Shown: positions 46,490 to 55,618 of the stretch, one piece after another
Position numbering within the stretch: position 1 is the stretch's first letter
How the letters are laid out: each line of letters opens with the position of its first letter
Virus record (IMG/VR): IMGVR_UViG_3300037584_003288
Span: 1 to 61,644 of that record
From: a virus
Taxonomy: Duplodnaviria; Caudoviricetes
DNA: 61,644 nt
Direction: 5' to 3' (one strand)
The notes under the pieces: generated by a model
The model's database searches: none
What the model was told of the DNA's origin: nothing
What the model saw: the letters and a program-made list of their open reading frames with translations, nothing else
Position numbers and translations under genes: made by a program

Positions 46490-47598
46490 ATACACCAGAC
46501 CACAGCTCACGCGGGCACGCAGAGTTTAGCCCCTCCAGTCTTAAGTATGTGGCTGGGTGTGCTGGCTACCACGGCAGAGATGGCACCAACGCGGCTGCCG
46601 AAATGGGTACCCGCATTCACGAAGCCTTAGAAGTCCATGACCCCTCTGCTCTACACAACGAGCAAGAGCTACAGATCTACGATCAGATCGTGGACATGGA
46701 GAAGGCGTTCATGGATAATTTTTCTGGGATACAAGAGGAGCACAACGAGATACAGGTAGACGTAGAACTAGACGGCACAGGCACATGGGGAACCTGTGAC
46801 CGATTCCTGATTCTTGATTCCGGCACCAAGGCCGTGATGGCTGATTACAAAACAGGAATCAGTATCATCGACCCACCAGAAAAGAACTGGCAGGCTAAAG
46901 CATATACAGTGGGGGCCTTTCAAAAGTTCCCAGACATCGAAGAGATAGTCTTTGTGTTCTACGTCCCACAACACAACGCCAGTCTTCACCACACGTTTGA
47001 GCGCAGCGACGTAGACGGAATTGTTTCGGAGCTTAGTTCCGTAATCAAGAGAGCAGAGAAAATCCGCCCCAAATGGGATCAAGGAACTCCCACACTCGAT
47101 GACCTCACACCGAATGTGAACTGTAGGTTCTGCCGCCACGAAGATTCCTGTCCTGCTCTCGGTGGTCTCGTCATCGAAGTAGCTAAGAAGATCAACCCGC
47201 AACTACCAGACGTAGACATCGAAGAAACAGAAGACCCAGAGATCGTGGAGCAGTTGTGGGCTATTGCTAAGATCGTTTCTAACTGGGCCGACAGATTTAA
47301 AAAGAAGGCCGTGGCTCTCGCCAAAGACGGCACCGAATATCCCTCCCTCAAGCTGAGGAGTATGGGGTCCTCTCGAAAGATAACAGACAACGAAAGTCTA
47401 CTGGAAGTTGCATCTGAGTTCGGGGTAAGTGCCGAAGAGGTGCTCCAACACGCAAATATTCCTCTGGCGAAACTCGCTAAGGCTATAGGAGATACAGCCG
47501 AAAAAGGAGGTAAGAGAAAATTATCTGAAAATTTCGTTGACGCATGTCAAGATGCGGGCATTATCGAAACATCAGACACACGATACACTTTGTCGTGA
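46486..47598 (+). CDS. Cas4-like PD-(D/E)XK exonuclease (DUF2800 type)
   Basis: SPSSL..C, GTRIH, GTCD, DYKTG, Q..AY and CRFC...CP motifs. Confidence 0.85.
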   Translation: MNTPDHSSRGHAEFSPSSLKYVAGCAGYHGRDGTNAAAEMGTRIHEALEVHDPSALHNEQELQIYDQIVDMEKAFMDNFSGIQEEHNEIQVDVELDGTGTWGTCDRFLILDSGTKAVMADYKTGISIIDPPEKNWQAKAYTVGAFQKFPDIEEIVFVFYVPQHNASLHHTFERSDVDGIVSELSSVIKRAEKIRPKWDQGTPTLDDLTPNVNCRFCRHEDSCPALGGLVIEVAKKINPQLPDVDIEETEDPEIVEQLWAIAKIVSNWADRFKKKAVALAKDGTEYPSLKLRSMGSSRKITDNESLLEVASEFGVSAEEVLQHANIPLAKLAKAIGDTAEKGGKRKLSENFVDACQDAGIIETSDTRYTLS

Positions 47599-47627
47599 GT
47601 CGTAACAGGAAACAAGAAACACGAAAC

Positions 47628-48278
47628 ATGAGTGATGATACCACGGCTCTCGCAGCCGCACCAAAAGCAGGGATGATCCCTAACGAAGCTGGCTTCATTA
47701 TTGACGCCTCGGATATTGATATCCCCCGCTTGAACATCGTCCAAAAGACGAGTGACATCGACGCCCCCTTTGGGAGTGTCGTTCTAGATAAGAAGCACAT
47801 CATGGCTGAGCCGGAGGTCGCGACAGAAGTGTCTGTTCTGTCGGCTACCAAAGGATGGCGCGAGGATGTGCCTTTCGACGACGATGTGATGCCGCAGATC
47901 GCCTACACAGAGGCTGATCGGGCGCGTATCGCTGAGTCTTCGGAATACAACCTGTTGGAGTTTGCAGAGATTACTCTGCTGTTCCAGCAGCCAGAGGATA
48001 GCTCCAATGATCACGCCTACCCGTTCGGAATCGGGGAGCGTAATTATGCGCTGGGCAAAATCAACGTAGCGAAGGATGCCTATAGGCAGACCTTCAAGCG
48101 TCTCGCAACTTATGCAGCATTTAACCGAGACAAGAATCTCGGGGAAATCCTGTGGAACTTCGAGTCGTGCCCCATCACTAGGGGTAAATACAGTTGGTTT
48201 GCTCCTATGCTGACCGTATCGCAGAACGCGCCTGCCGAGGCCGTTTCAAAATGGATCTCAGACTTCAACGGTAAGTAA
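47628..48278 (+). CDS. Probable single-stranded DNA-binding protein
   Basis: DIDIPRLNIVQKTS...SWF.P pattern, located between the nuclease and the polymerase. Start moved to ATG 47628. Confidence 0.6.
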   Translation: MSDDTTALAAAPKAGMIPNEAGFIIDASDIDIPRLNIVQKTSDIDAPFGSVVLDKKHIMAEPEVATEVSVLSATKGWREDVPFDDDVMPQIAYTEADRARIAESSEYNLLEFAEITLLFQQPEDSSNDHAYPFGIGERNYALGKINVAKDAYRQTFKRLATYAAFNRDKNLGEILWNFESCPITRGKYSWFAPMLTVSQNAPAEAVSKWISDFNGK

Positions 48279-48279
48279 G

Positions 48280-48498
48280 ATGTCTGACGAAAAAATAACT
48301 ACTGAAGTCCTCACTAACGAGGCAAGAATGCTCCAGCAAATGATTACAAAGCTGGATGAGCAGCTCGAAGAAATTCAAATGAGCAGGCTCAAGTTAGTGA
48401 CGGTCCAAGGTTGTCTCCTTGAGAAACTAGGCTTGGAGCTGGAGCAGCTAGAACTGCCGTTCAAGGAATGCGTAGAAGCAGCGGAGAACTCCGAGTAA
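48280..48498 (+). CDS. Small coiled-coil protein
   Basis: 72-aa ORF. Confidence 0.65.
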   Translation: MSDEKITTEVLTNEARMLQQMITKLDEQLEEIQMSRLKLVTVQGCLLEKLGLELEQLELPFKECVEAAENSE

Positions 48499-48503
48499 AA
48501 ATT

Positions 48504-48638
48504 TGGGTGGTAAGGAATTGCGGCGGGGACGTAAGCTCTGGTTAGTGATTCATCTCCTGTTCAGTAATCGCATAAAACTGAACCCACCCATACCGGCCCC
48601 CACTGGTTTTCGTTCAGTTCCAGTGGGGGCCTCTCTTT
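48504..48638 (+). promoter_or_regulatory. Structured leader and terminator-like hairpin before the DNA polymerase gene
   Basis: TGGGTGG/CCACCCA and GTTCAGT/ACTGAAC helices, then 12-bp GGCCCCCACTGG/CCAGTGGGGGCC followed by TCTCTTT. Confidence 0.6.
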
Positions 48639-48643
48639 GAATT

Positions 48644-50416
48644 ATGGAAACCTATGCCCTCGATTACGAGACATACTATGACAAGTCCTGTAGTATCAGG
48701 ACACTCGGTCCTCTCGGATATTTTTCTCACCCCGACTTCGACGCATATATGGTGTCCGTGGTTGGAACAGACGGCACCTCATTCGTGGGGCACCCCCGAG
48801 ACTTTCAATGGGATATCTTAACTGATAACGTAGTACTAAGTCATAACGCATCTTTTGATGAAACCCTATATCTATATGGCGTTACCCAGTCGTGGTGGCC
48901 CAAAGTCAAACCAGCCGAGTGGCATTGTACCGCAGATATGGCGGCGTATATGCACATGCCTCGCGCCCTTAAAGGTGCTGCGGAAGTTGCTCTGGGGGTA
49001 AAGGTTGATAAAAGCACCCGCGATAATATGAGCGGGAAGAGGTGGGAAAAGATGACGGACGAGTTCCGTAAAGAGGTTAGCGACTACGCCTTGGTCGACT
49101 CTGAGCTTTGCTTAAAAATTTGGTTAGACCATGAGTTTGCGTGGCCGGAAACAGAAAGAGTCATAAGTCGTTTAAACAGAGAGATAGTTCAACGAGGACT
49201 ACCCATCGATGCTGACTTGCTGAAGACTCAGCTCGAAACAATAAAAGGTAAACTGTTTGAGGCTGAAGAGAACATACCGTGGCTTGGTGAAAAACCTCTT
49301 CTGAGCCGCGTGGCTTTTGACGACCAGTGTAGGACTGAAGGAATTGAACCTCCCGGTAGTCTAGCTGCTACAGATGAAGAGGCACAAAAATGGATAGACT
49401 ACTATGGTAAGAAGCACGCATGGATAGATGCCGTTCGTAGTTGGCGACGTATAAACTCTCTCAAGAAAAAGTTGGAGAGCTTTGACCACGCGACGATGCC
49501 GGATAGCCGATACTACGGTGGCCTCATGTATTATGGGGCTCATACAGGACGCTTCAGTGGTAGTGGGGGTAATCTAAACCTACAGAACCTACCAAGGGAC
49601 GAGATGTTCGGGGTAAACTTGAGGAATCTCATCGCGGCCAAACCCGGTAAGAAACTAATCGTGGCCGACCTTAGCCAAATTGAGGTAAGAACACTTTGCT
49701 GGCTGGCTGAGGACAAGAAGATGCTCAAAGAAATTGAGCAATCGGAAGACATCTATGAGGCATTTGCGATTCGATTCGGTCAATGGGACACTGAAAAAGG
49801 ATCTCTTAAACAAGAGCCTAAACTTCGGCACAAAATAAAAGCGATGGTTCTGGGCTGTGGTTACGGTGCAGGTAAGAAAAGATTCTCACAAATGGCGGGG
49901 ATGACTCAAAAAGAAGCGAACAACGCTGTGGATCTATATAGAAACTCAATGCGGAGTATCACACGACTCTGGAGTGACTATAACTCAGGAATATCTTGTG
50001 CCTACAACTTAACAGTGAACGGGGCTGAGACTCCGTTCACAGTAGATCTCCCCAGCAAAAGGCATCTGGACTACGGTTTTATACGATCAGACGGGAAGGG
50101 TGAGGACCGTCACTACTATGCATATTTAATGCGCCACGGTAAAAATGTAGCCGTCAAGATGTGGGGTGGGTTCGTGGCAGAGAACGCCTCCCAAGCCTTA
50201 GCCCGAGACATTTTCAGTGATATGCTTGTCAGGATAGACGAGGCGGGCTACAAGATTGTGCTACATGTGCATGATGAAGTAGTGATCGAAGCTGACGCAG
50301 ATCAAGCTGAGGAGTCCTTGCAGCATATTCTGAAAATAATGTCGGAGCCCCCTGACTGGATACCCGACATCCCACTAGCTGCCGAAGGATCAATCTTATC
50401 ACGATATACCAAATGA
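48644..50416 (+). CDS. polA: Family A DNA polymerase with 3'-5' exonuclease
   Basis: ExoI LDYET, ExoII HNASFD, HTGRFSG, motif A ADLSQIEVR, motif B R...KAMVLGCGYG, motif C VHDE. Confidence 0.95.
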   Translation: METYALDYETYYDKSCSIRTLGPLGYFSHPDFDAYMVSVVGTDGTSFVGHPRDFQWDILTDNVVLSHNASFDETLYLYGVTQSWWPKVKPAEWHCTADMAAYMHMPRALKGAAEVALGVKVDKSTRDNMSGKRWEKMTDEFRKEVSDYALVDSELCLKIWLDHEFAWPETERVISRLNREIVQRGLPIDADLLKTQLETIKGKLFEAEENIPWLGEKPLLSRVAFDDQCRTEGIEPPGSLAATDEEAQKWIDYYGKKHAWIDAVRSWRRINSLKKKLESFDHATMPDSRYYGGLMYYGAHTGRFSGSGGNLNLQNLPRDEMFGVNLRNLIAAKPGKKLIVADLSQIEVRTLCWLAEDKKMLKEIEQSEDIYEAFAIRFGQWDTEKGSLKQEPKLRHKIKAMVLGCGYGAGKKRFSQMAGMTQKEANNAVDLYRNSMRSITRLWSDYNSGISCAYNLTVNGAETPFTVDLPSKRHLDYGFIRSDGKGEDRHYYAYLMRHGKNVAVKMWGGFVAENASQALARDIFSDMLVRIDEAGYKIVLHVHDEVVIEADADQAEESLQHILKIMSEPPDWIPDIPLAAEGSILSRYTK

Positions 50417-52563
50417 ATTACCGTTACATAAAAAACCTAAGAGACACGAAATGCTATAAAACATCGGACATATCCGCGTTAAATAAATCAAAACCTAAGT
50501 TCCCCAGTAAAGCTGACTTTAGGTCATGGTGCGCTGACGCCAAAACCGACCATGTTTTTTACAGCCTAATCGAAGGGAGCGCTCCATCTAAGCGCATATC
50601 CACAGACAACCCACCAAATGTAATACACGGAATTGTCGCCGACTACGACGCGCCCGTAAACTGGACTGAGGTAGACGCTATAATCTCTGCCAAGTGTTCC
50701 AGCCACCCTCCCACATGGAGATCTAAAACACAGTCTGGTTACATACGGCTTGTGTGGGAGTTTGAGAAGAGCCTACCAATCGCTCCTGAAATGTTTGATA
50801 CCTTCATCAAATGTCTCAAGAACATAGTAAAGGTAGACCGAGTGTTCGCGGGTTTTGATTCGTCCTCTCTGAGAGCCTCTCAATATTTCGAGTTGGGTGA
50901 AGACTGGGTAAACATGGGTGGGGTTGTGTCTAGCGCAACCATTCAAACAGCTCTTACTAAGGCAGCGAGTATGAAGCCGCCTACAACAAACGACACTGCG
51001 ATCCCAATCGAAGTAGTTGCTGAGGAGATTGATAAACAGTTTCCCAATAGATGGATAGGAGATGTAGAGATCGGTGCCCGAGGTCCGTTGTTTTGGATAG
51101 ACGATGGCATTCACCGAGAGGGTTGTCAGGTAGCTGAGGACGGGATGATCTGTTACTCGGACAGAGCTGGGAAGGGCTTCATGAGTTGGCGTGAAATATT
51201 TGGCGCTAAGTTTGTAGCGGATTATGAAGAGACCAAGATGGGTAATCTTCTGGATGAGTACTGGTTCAACGGTAGAAATTTCTTCAAGTTGCTATACAGC
51301 TCTGCGGTAACAATCCCGAAAGAGCAGCTTATCCTAGAGCTGAGGCAGACGGGGTTCTCTATGAAACCCAAGAAAGGTCAGGCACTAACTGAAGTTGAGG
51401 CGGCTCTCCTGACAATAAGTAACCACAACCGCATAGACGAGATCGCTCCGGTCATATTCTCTAAGGACCGTGTGGTGTCCTACAATAGCCAACGGATACT
51501 TAACAACGCTAACATAGCTCCTGTAGAACCCGAAACAGATGGGGATCCTACCCACTGGCCGTTTATCCATGACTGGCTGGGTCAGCTCTTCAAGAACTCC
51601 ACCCCCGTGGTCACGGTAAACTACTTCTACGCGTGGCTCAAAAGATTTTATGAGGCTGTCATTGAGCGTAAGATGTCACAGGGGCAGGCGCTCATATTGG
51701 TGGGGGCCACCAGCAAGGGTAAAAGCCTCCTATCCAACAGAGTCATTTCAGGATTAGTAGGTGGTTATGCTGACGCTAGTGACTACTTATCGGGGCAAAC
51801 TAAATTCAACAAAGACTTGGGTCGGGTTGCTGCATGGGTAATCGACGACACCACATCAGCCGCCAGCTTCCAAGACCAACGGAAGGCTACGGAGCTAATC
51901 AAAAGATCAGTAGCCAATCCGCGTGTTGAGTATCAAGCCAAGTATGCGGACGCGCTATCAGTCCCATGGGCTGGTCGTGTAATCCTATCATTAAACATGG
52001 ACGCGAATAGCCTATCGGTTATACCGGCTCTAGACAGCAGCAACCGAGATAAGCTGATGGCCCTCCGTGTTCGGGATGATGCTAGGAGTAAGTTCCCAGC
52101 TAACAGTGTAGTAGAAGCCACCATCAAAAAAGAGCTGCCTCATTTTGGGAGATGGTTACTAGACTGGGATCCTCCTGAAGAAATTATGGTCGGAGGAAGA
52201 TTCGGGGTCGCTAGTTTCATTGACGAATCTGTGGCTTCTGCCGCTTACGACAACTCTAGCAGGTCCTCTATAGCCGAGCTGGTCGAGTTCTTCTGTAAGA
52301 GATGTCGTGAGCAGAACGACACCATCCCAGAGTGGCGGGGGACACTCACAGAGTTTCAGGTCCTTTTGCATGAGTTCAACAATGGTAGAAGTGTTGGCAT
52401 GAGTCACAACCTAGAGTTCGTCCGGCGCGGTATGGCTTCGCTAGAAGAAGCTGGAAAAAACAACACACATGTCCGACCTGTTTTCTCTAAAGGGAAGGGC
52501 GGAGGTAAGATGTGGACGATTAACCTAGCGAAAACTTTTGACATATCGGAAGCGGCGGTTTAA
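50413..52563 (+). CDS. Primase-helicase (N-terminal primase-like domain, C-terminal SF3/DUF5906-type ATPase)
   Basis: N-terminal VADYD...TQSG motif, Walker A GATSKGKS, Walker B WVIDD. Confidence 0.78.
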   Translation: MNYRYIKNLRDTKCYKTSDISALNKSKPKFPSKADFRSWCADAKTDHVFYSLIEGSAPSKRISTDNPPNVIHGIVADYDAPVNWTEVDAIISAKCSSHPPTWRSKTQSGYIRLVWEFEKSLPIAPEMFDTFIKCLKNIVKVDRVFAGFDSSSLRASQYFELGEDWVNMGGVVSSATIQTALTKAASMKPPTTNDTAIPIEVVAEEIDKQFPNRWIGDVEIGARGPLFWIDDGIHREGCQVAEDGMICYSDRAGKGFMSWREIFGAKFVADYEETKMGNLLDEYWFNGRNFFKLLYSSAVTIPKEQLILELRQTGFSMKPKKGQALTEVEAALLTISNHNRIDEIAPVIFSKDRVVSYNSQRILNNANIAPVEPETDGDPTHWPFIHDWLGQLFKNSTPVVTVNYFYAWLKRFYEAVIERKMSQGQALILVGATSKGKSLLSNRVISGLVGGYADASDYLSGQTKFNKDLGRVAAWVIDDTTSAASFQDQRKATELIKRSVANPRVEYQAKYADALSVPWAGRVILSLNMDANSLSVIPALDSSNRDKLMALRVRDDARSKFPANSVVEATIKKELPHFGRWLLDWDPPEEIMVGGRFGVASFIDESVASAAYDNSSRSSIAELVEFFCKRCREQNDTIPEWRGTLTEFQVLLHEFNNGRSVGMSHNLEFVRRGMASLEEAGKNNTHVRPVFSKGKGGGKMWTINLAKTFDISEAAV

Positions 52564-52571
52564 CGAAGAGT

Positions 52572-52784
52572 ATGTCGAATACGGAGACATACGAATACCT
52601 TGATGAGTACGCCGACCTCGAACGAGTGGAGACTCGAATTCAATTAATCAGAGAAGACTATCGGTCTCTCACTAATCGAATCGAACACTACGCGACAACC
52701 AGAAGCAGACTGGAAGACGATATAAGAAAACTCAAAGGAGTTGCGGCCATCATCAAAGCGAGGAGGGAGAGCGAAGACATTTGA
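52572..52784 (+). CDS. Small coiled-coil protein
   Basis: 70 aa, last gene of the replication block. Confidence 0.6.
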   Translation: MSNTETYEYLDEYADLERVETRIQLIREDYRSLTNRIEHYATTRSRLEDDIRKLKGVAAIIKARRESEDI

Positions 52785-53289
52785 TAGGTACGTGGTAACC
52801 ACTTACTTTGTAGCTAAAACCATCTTCGTCTTTCTCCCCCCGTTTCTTGTAGCACCCCCTGCTTAGCAACTGGTTAGTCGGTAACCAACCGAGGAGCCAT
52901 ACCTTGCTAAGATCTTTACGCACTCGAACAAAGTAATAAAACTCCGCAGCGGGCTCTTTGCTGGCGGGGCAGTTTACAGAAGCCGTAAAATGAGGTTGGG
53001 GTCGGCTGCTACAGGTTTTAGACTTTATATCTATTTTCTTTTCGCCGAGACAATAGTCGTGCGTAAAGCTACGCCCACCTACGTAACGGGCTTCAGGGTA
53101 AAGAAGACCGAAGGCTACTTCACCTAGAAATCCAGTCATCCGACCAAGCCCCCGAGTAAATGAGCTAGGCGTAATACCTAGCTTTTGACTGCGCTCAAAG
53201 GCTTGTTTTACATTCTCTGAAGATGGGGTGAACACTATGTGCCGACATCCCCGCTTCTTAGAGAACTGACGGGGGAGTTTTCGGCTCAT
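52753..53289 (-). CDS. PD-(D/E)XK restriction-endonuclease-fold protein
   Basis: G.LGE.AF...HDY.....IDIKSK...YYFV...WLLGW pattern. Confidence 0.7.
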   Translation of the reverse strand: MSRKLPRQFSKKRGCRHIVFTPSSENVKQAFERSQKLGITPSSFTRGLGRMTGFLGEVAFGLLYPEARYVGGRSFTHDYCLGEKKIDIKSKTCSSRPQPHFTASVNCPASKEPAAEFYYFVRVRKDLSKVWLLGWLPTNQLLSRGCYKKRGEKDEDGFSYKVSGYHVPIKCLRSPSSL

Positions 53290-53582
53290 TACCAGAGACG
53301 GCTACATGCCCAATATCTAGCCGTGGTTTTGTCTTTAGCAGAGGCGCAGTTGTGGCGAGCGCGAAAGTTGGCTCTTCTTTTGGGATCTTTGTGTTTAGTG
53401 AAATCGCTATAGTCCCTATGGCCGTAAGATACTTTCTTCACTTTGTTCCCTTGTTTGGCTAAGACTACGAACTTCTTCTTAGATCCTTTGGGTGCTCTCT
53501 TAGGCTTGTTGAAGCCCGGATAAGTCTCACCCATGTAAGATATCCTACCAGACGGTAATCGTTTAAATCGTTTCTGTGTCAT
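53289..53582 (-). CDS. Small basic protein (DUF5754/DUF6321-like)
   Basis: KKV.YG...YSDFTKHKDPKRRANFRARH.C....TARYWA...W motif. Confidence 0.75.
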   Translation of the reverse strand: MTQKRFKRLPSGRISYMGETYPGFNKPKRAPKGSKKKFVVLAKQGNKVKKVSYGHRDYSDFTKHKDPKRRANFRARHNCASAKDKTTARYWACSRLW

Positions 53583-53857
53583 GCCATTCTTTTCTTTTGC
53601 TTGTTCTTTCTTTTCTTCTCTACAAAACCATGAGCGCGTCTTTCAGCGTCGGTGTACTTGGCGGTTTGTTTACCCCTAGAATGAGCTTTACGTTTCCGCG
53701 CATTAGCGGCGGCTTTCTCTGAAGAGGATAGGCTATCTCTTACGCGCTTCGGACCATACCGACCCCTCTTGCTACGGGGTTTCTTTTTGTCCGACACGGT
53801 GTAAAAGTCCCAGTCTTCGTCGGTCCACTTCTTAAGGGACTTCTGAGAAGCTTTCAT
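53579..53857 (-). CDS. Small basic protein (DUF5872-like, C-terminal half)
   Basis: SQKSLKKWT.EDW...GRY.P......LS..EKAA..A.KR motif. Confidence 0.7.
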   Translation of the reverse strand: MKASQKSLKKWTDEDWDFYTVSDKKKPRSKRGRYGPKRVRDSLSSSEKAAANARKRKAHSRGKQTAKYTDAERRAHGFVEKKRKNKQKKRMA

Positions 53858-53860
53858 AGT

Positions 53861-54043
53861 CTAAGAGGTGTAACCTCCTCCTCTTTTCTTATATTCCATA
53901 GCCAAGAACTGCGCTTTCCTCGCCGACCACTGTCCGGGTTTACCGCCTTTGGAACCCGCCATTATTCTTTTGAACAAGCGTTTTCTCATTCCCGGCTTGG
54001 TGTAGTTACCGGCCTTGTTGACTGTAGATTTTTTCTTAGCCAT
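53861..54043 (-). CDS. Small basic protein (DUF5872-like, N-terminal half)
   Basis: NYTKP.MRKR...I.AGSKGGKPGQWSARKAQ.LA.EYKK.GGGY motif. Confidence 0.8.
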   Translation of the reverse strand: MAKKKSTVNKAGNYTKPGMRKRLFKRIMAGSKGGKPGQWSARKAQFLAMEYKKRGGGYTS

Positions 54044-54323
54044 AGTTCTTTCCTCCATCCATTCTCTTTGCTACGGCCTGCAAGAAATCCATTTTTTTCT
54101 CCTTCTTGGTCATCTTCTTTGCGGCTTTCTTTGCGGCCTTTTTGGGAGCGGCTTTCGACCCCTTAGCTTTCTTCTTAGCTGAGTCACTCAACTCTTCAAA
54201 ATGAAAGAGCTTCTGACTTTTATCGCTATGAGTTTTACCCGTGTGGACTTCTCCATTGGGCATTTTATGTGACCCTCCTTTGTGGATGGTCCCGTCTTTT
54301 AAGTAGTGTGTTACACCTTTCAT
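54036..54323 (-). CDS. Small basic His-rich protein with histone-H1-like tail
   Basis: HY..DG..H.G..HKMP.G..H.G.TH followed by KAAPKKAAKKAAKK. Confidence 0.75.
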   Translation of the reverse strand: MKGVTHYLKDGTIHKGGSHKMPNGEVHTGKTHSDKSQKLFHFEELSDSAKKKAKGSKAAPKKAAKKAAKKMTKKEKKMDFLQAVAKRMDGGKNYG

Positions 54324-54619
54324 TTTTTAGTTAGTCGTTTTGAGGTTCTTTCCCAAGCTGGGAAGAAAATTTCATCCATGCATCGAACAATCGCTTCTTC
54401 TTCGTAACGCTCGCAGTAACCCAAACCAGATATGGCGAATGCTGCGTGTATCATTTCGTGCCGTAGTGTTTCGTATAGGTCTTTACCTTTGAGGGTTTTG
54501 TCTAGTGTTATTAGTTTTCTACGATGTGAGTAAAGGCCGTAACAATCGTCGTCCCCCAAATCTCTGAACTGTACCCGAACTCGGATTCCAGCCATAGTTA
54601 TGCTTTTGGGGGCAGTCAT
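54320..54619 (-). CDS. Small zincin-like metallopeptidase
   Basis: YGLY.....I.LD...ETLRHEMIHA...EE motif. Confidence 0.75.
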   Translation of the reverse strand: MTAPKSITMAGIRVRVQFRDLGDDDCYGLYSHRRKLITLDKTLKGKDLYETLRHEMIHAAFAISGLGYCERYEEEAIVRCMDEIFFPAWERTSKRLTKK

Positions 54620-55173
54620 CCGTCAGCATATTTATTAATGGCTCTCGCATAAACTCCGGCGAGCTTGCCCCTATTGTTGTTAATCATCTGCCACTCTTCG
54701 CAGTTGCTGCCAAAAAAGGGTTCTCCTATAACGGCAACACACGGTGTTTTCTTTAGAAAGTAACTACCTCTCTGCCGAGAAGCTCGGGGTTTTGCGCCCC
54801 TAGACTTCATGTCGGGGTAGGTCTCCTCCATCTCTTTTTTGAGGGCGTAGGCAAGCTCACTCCCCCCTTTACTCGCGTGCCAGTAAAGCCATTCGTGGCC
54901 TGTCGCAGTGGGGGTGGCAGCGTTAAAATGAAACTCTATTACAGCATCAACCTCGTCCTCTTTAAGTTGATCTGCCAGATATTCTACGGCCCCCACATAA
55001 TCAGGTTCTTTGTAGTCATCATAGATAACATAATCTACGCGTAGCCCTTTCGCCACTCGGCGAACTAAATCAGAGTTAAACATAAACTCTGAAATAGAGT
55101 AACCGGACTCCCTTGAAGTCATAGCTCCTTCATCGCCTTGACGGGAATGCCCTACTGCCAAACCAATTTTCAT
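54616..55173 (-). CDS. Endolysin, N-acetylmuramoyl-L-alanine amidase (Amidase_3)
   Basis: VGH...D.GA, SE..FN, EFHFNA, G.E and EPFFGSN zinc/catalytic motifs. Confidence 0.9.
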   Translation of the reverse strand: MKIGLAVGHSRQGDEGAMTSRESGYSISEFMFNSDLVRRVAKGLRVDYVIYDDYKEPDYVGAVEYLADQLKEDEVDAVIEFHFNAATPTATGHEWLYWHASKGGSELAYALKKEMEETYPDMKSRGAKPRASRQRGSYFLKKTPCVAVIGEPFFGSNCEEWQMINNNRGKLAGVYARAINKYADG

Positions 55174-55334
55174 TTATTAATGAGTCTGTAAAGAGATGCT
55201 ATTCCTACCGCTATGCCAACAACGAGAGATCCTACTCGTAACCAATACTCAAATTGTTCCTGCATGCTGGTGACCAGCCCTATGACAGGTGCGGCCATCC
55301 CTATAAGGGAATCAAATATTCGGGTGTTAATCAT
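55170..55334 (-). CDS. Putative holin (54 aa, two hydrophobic segments; not in ORF track)
   Basis: MINTRIFDSLIGMAAPVIGLVTSMQEQFEYWLRVGSLVVGIAVGIASLYRLINK. ATGA overlaps with both the upstream gene and the amidase. Confidence 0.7.
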   Translation of the reverse strand: MINTRIFDSLIGMAAPVIGLVTSMQEQFEYWLRVGSLVVGIAVGIASLYRLINK

Positions 55335-55618
55335 GGTTTTTGTAAAAACCTACCATCAGTAGAAAAATATTTCCCTGACTTAGGGTCTTTGTAAATAGTG
55401 TAACCTGCATTGACTTCCCCTTCTTCTGTTTTGTGCCACGTTTTGTGTTTTCGCCCTTTTAGTAGTTGCCCTGTTTTAGGGCTTCTACTTGGCCAATGGC
55501 CGTCAGCATCCGGTTTTAGACCGTGAGCTTCTGCCGTAGCGTAATCATATCCACTTCCTTCAGGATTAAAGGGCTTAAGCTTTTTCTCTACCGCTTCTTG
55601 AAAAGAATCAGACATCAC
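55331..55618 (-). CDS. Hypothetical protein
   Basis: 95-aa ORF within the lysis cluster. Confidence 0.7.
   Translation of the reverse strand: MMSDSFQEAVEKKLKPFNPEGSGYDYATAEAHGLKPDADGHWPSRSPKTGQLLKGRKHKTWHKTEEGEVNAGYTIYKDPKSGKYFSTDGRFLQKP

Noticed and set aside
46486-47598. Cas4-like nuclease as a sign of a CRISPR system
   Set aside because: No repeat-spacer array or other cas genes. Solo Cas4-like nucleases are routine in phage replication modules.
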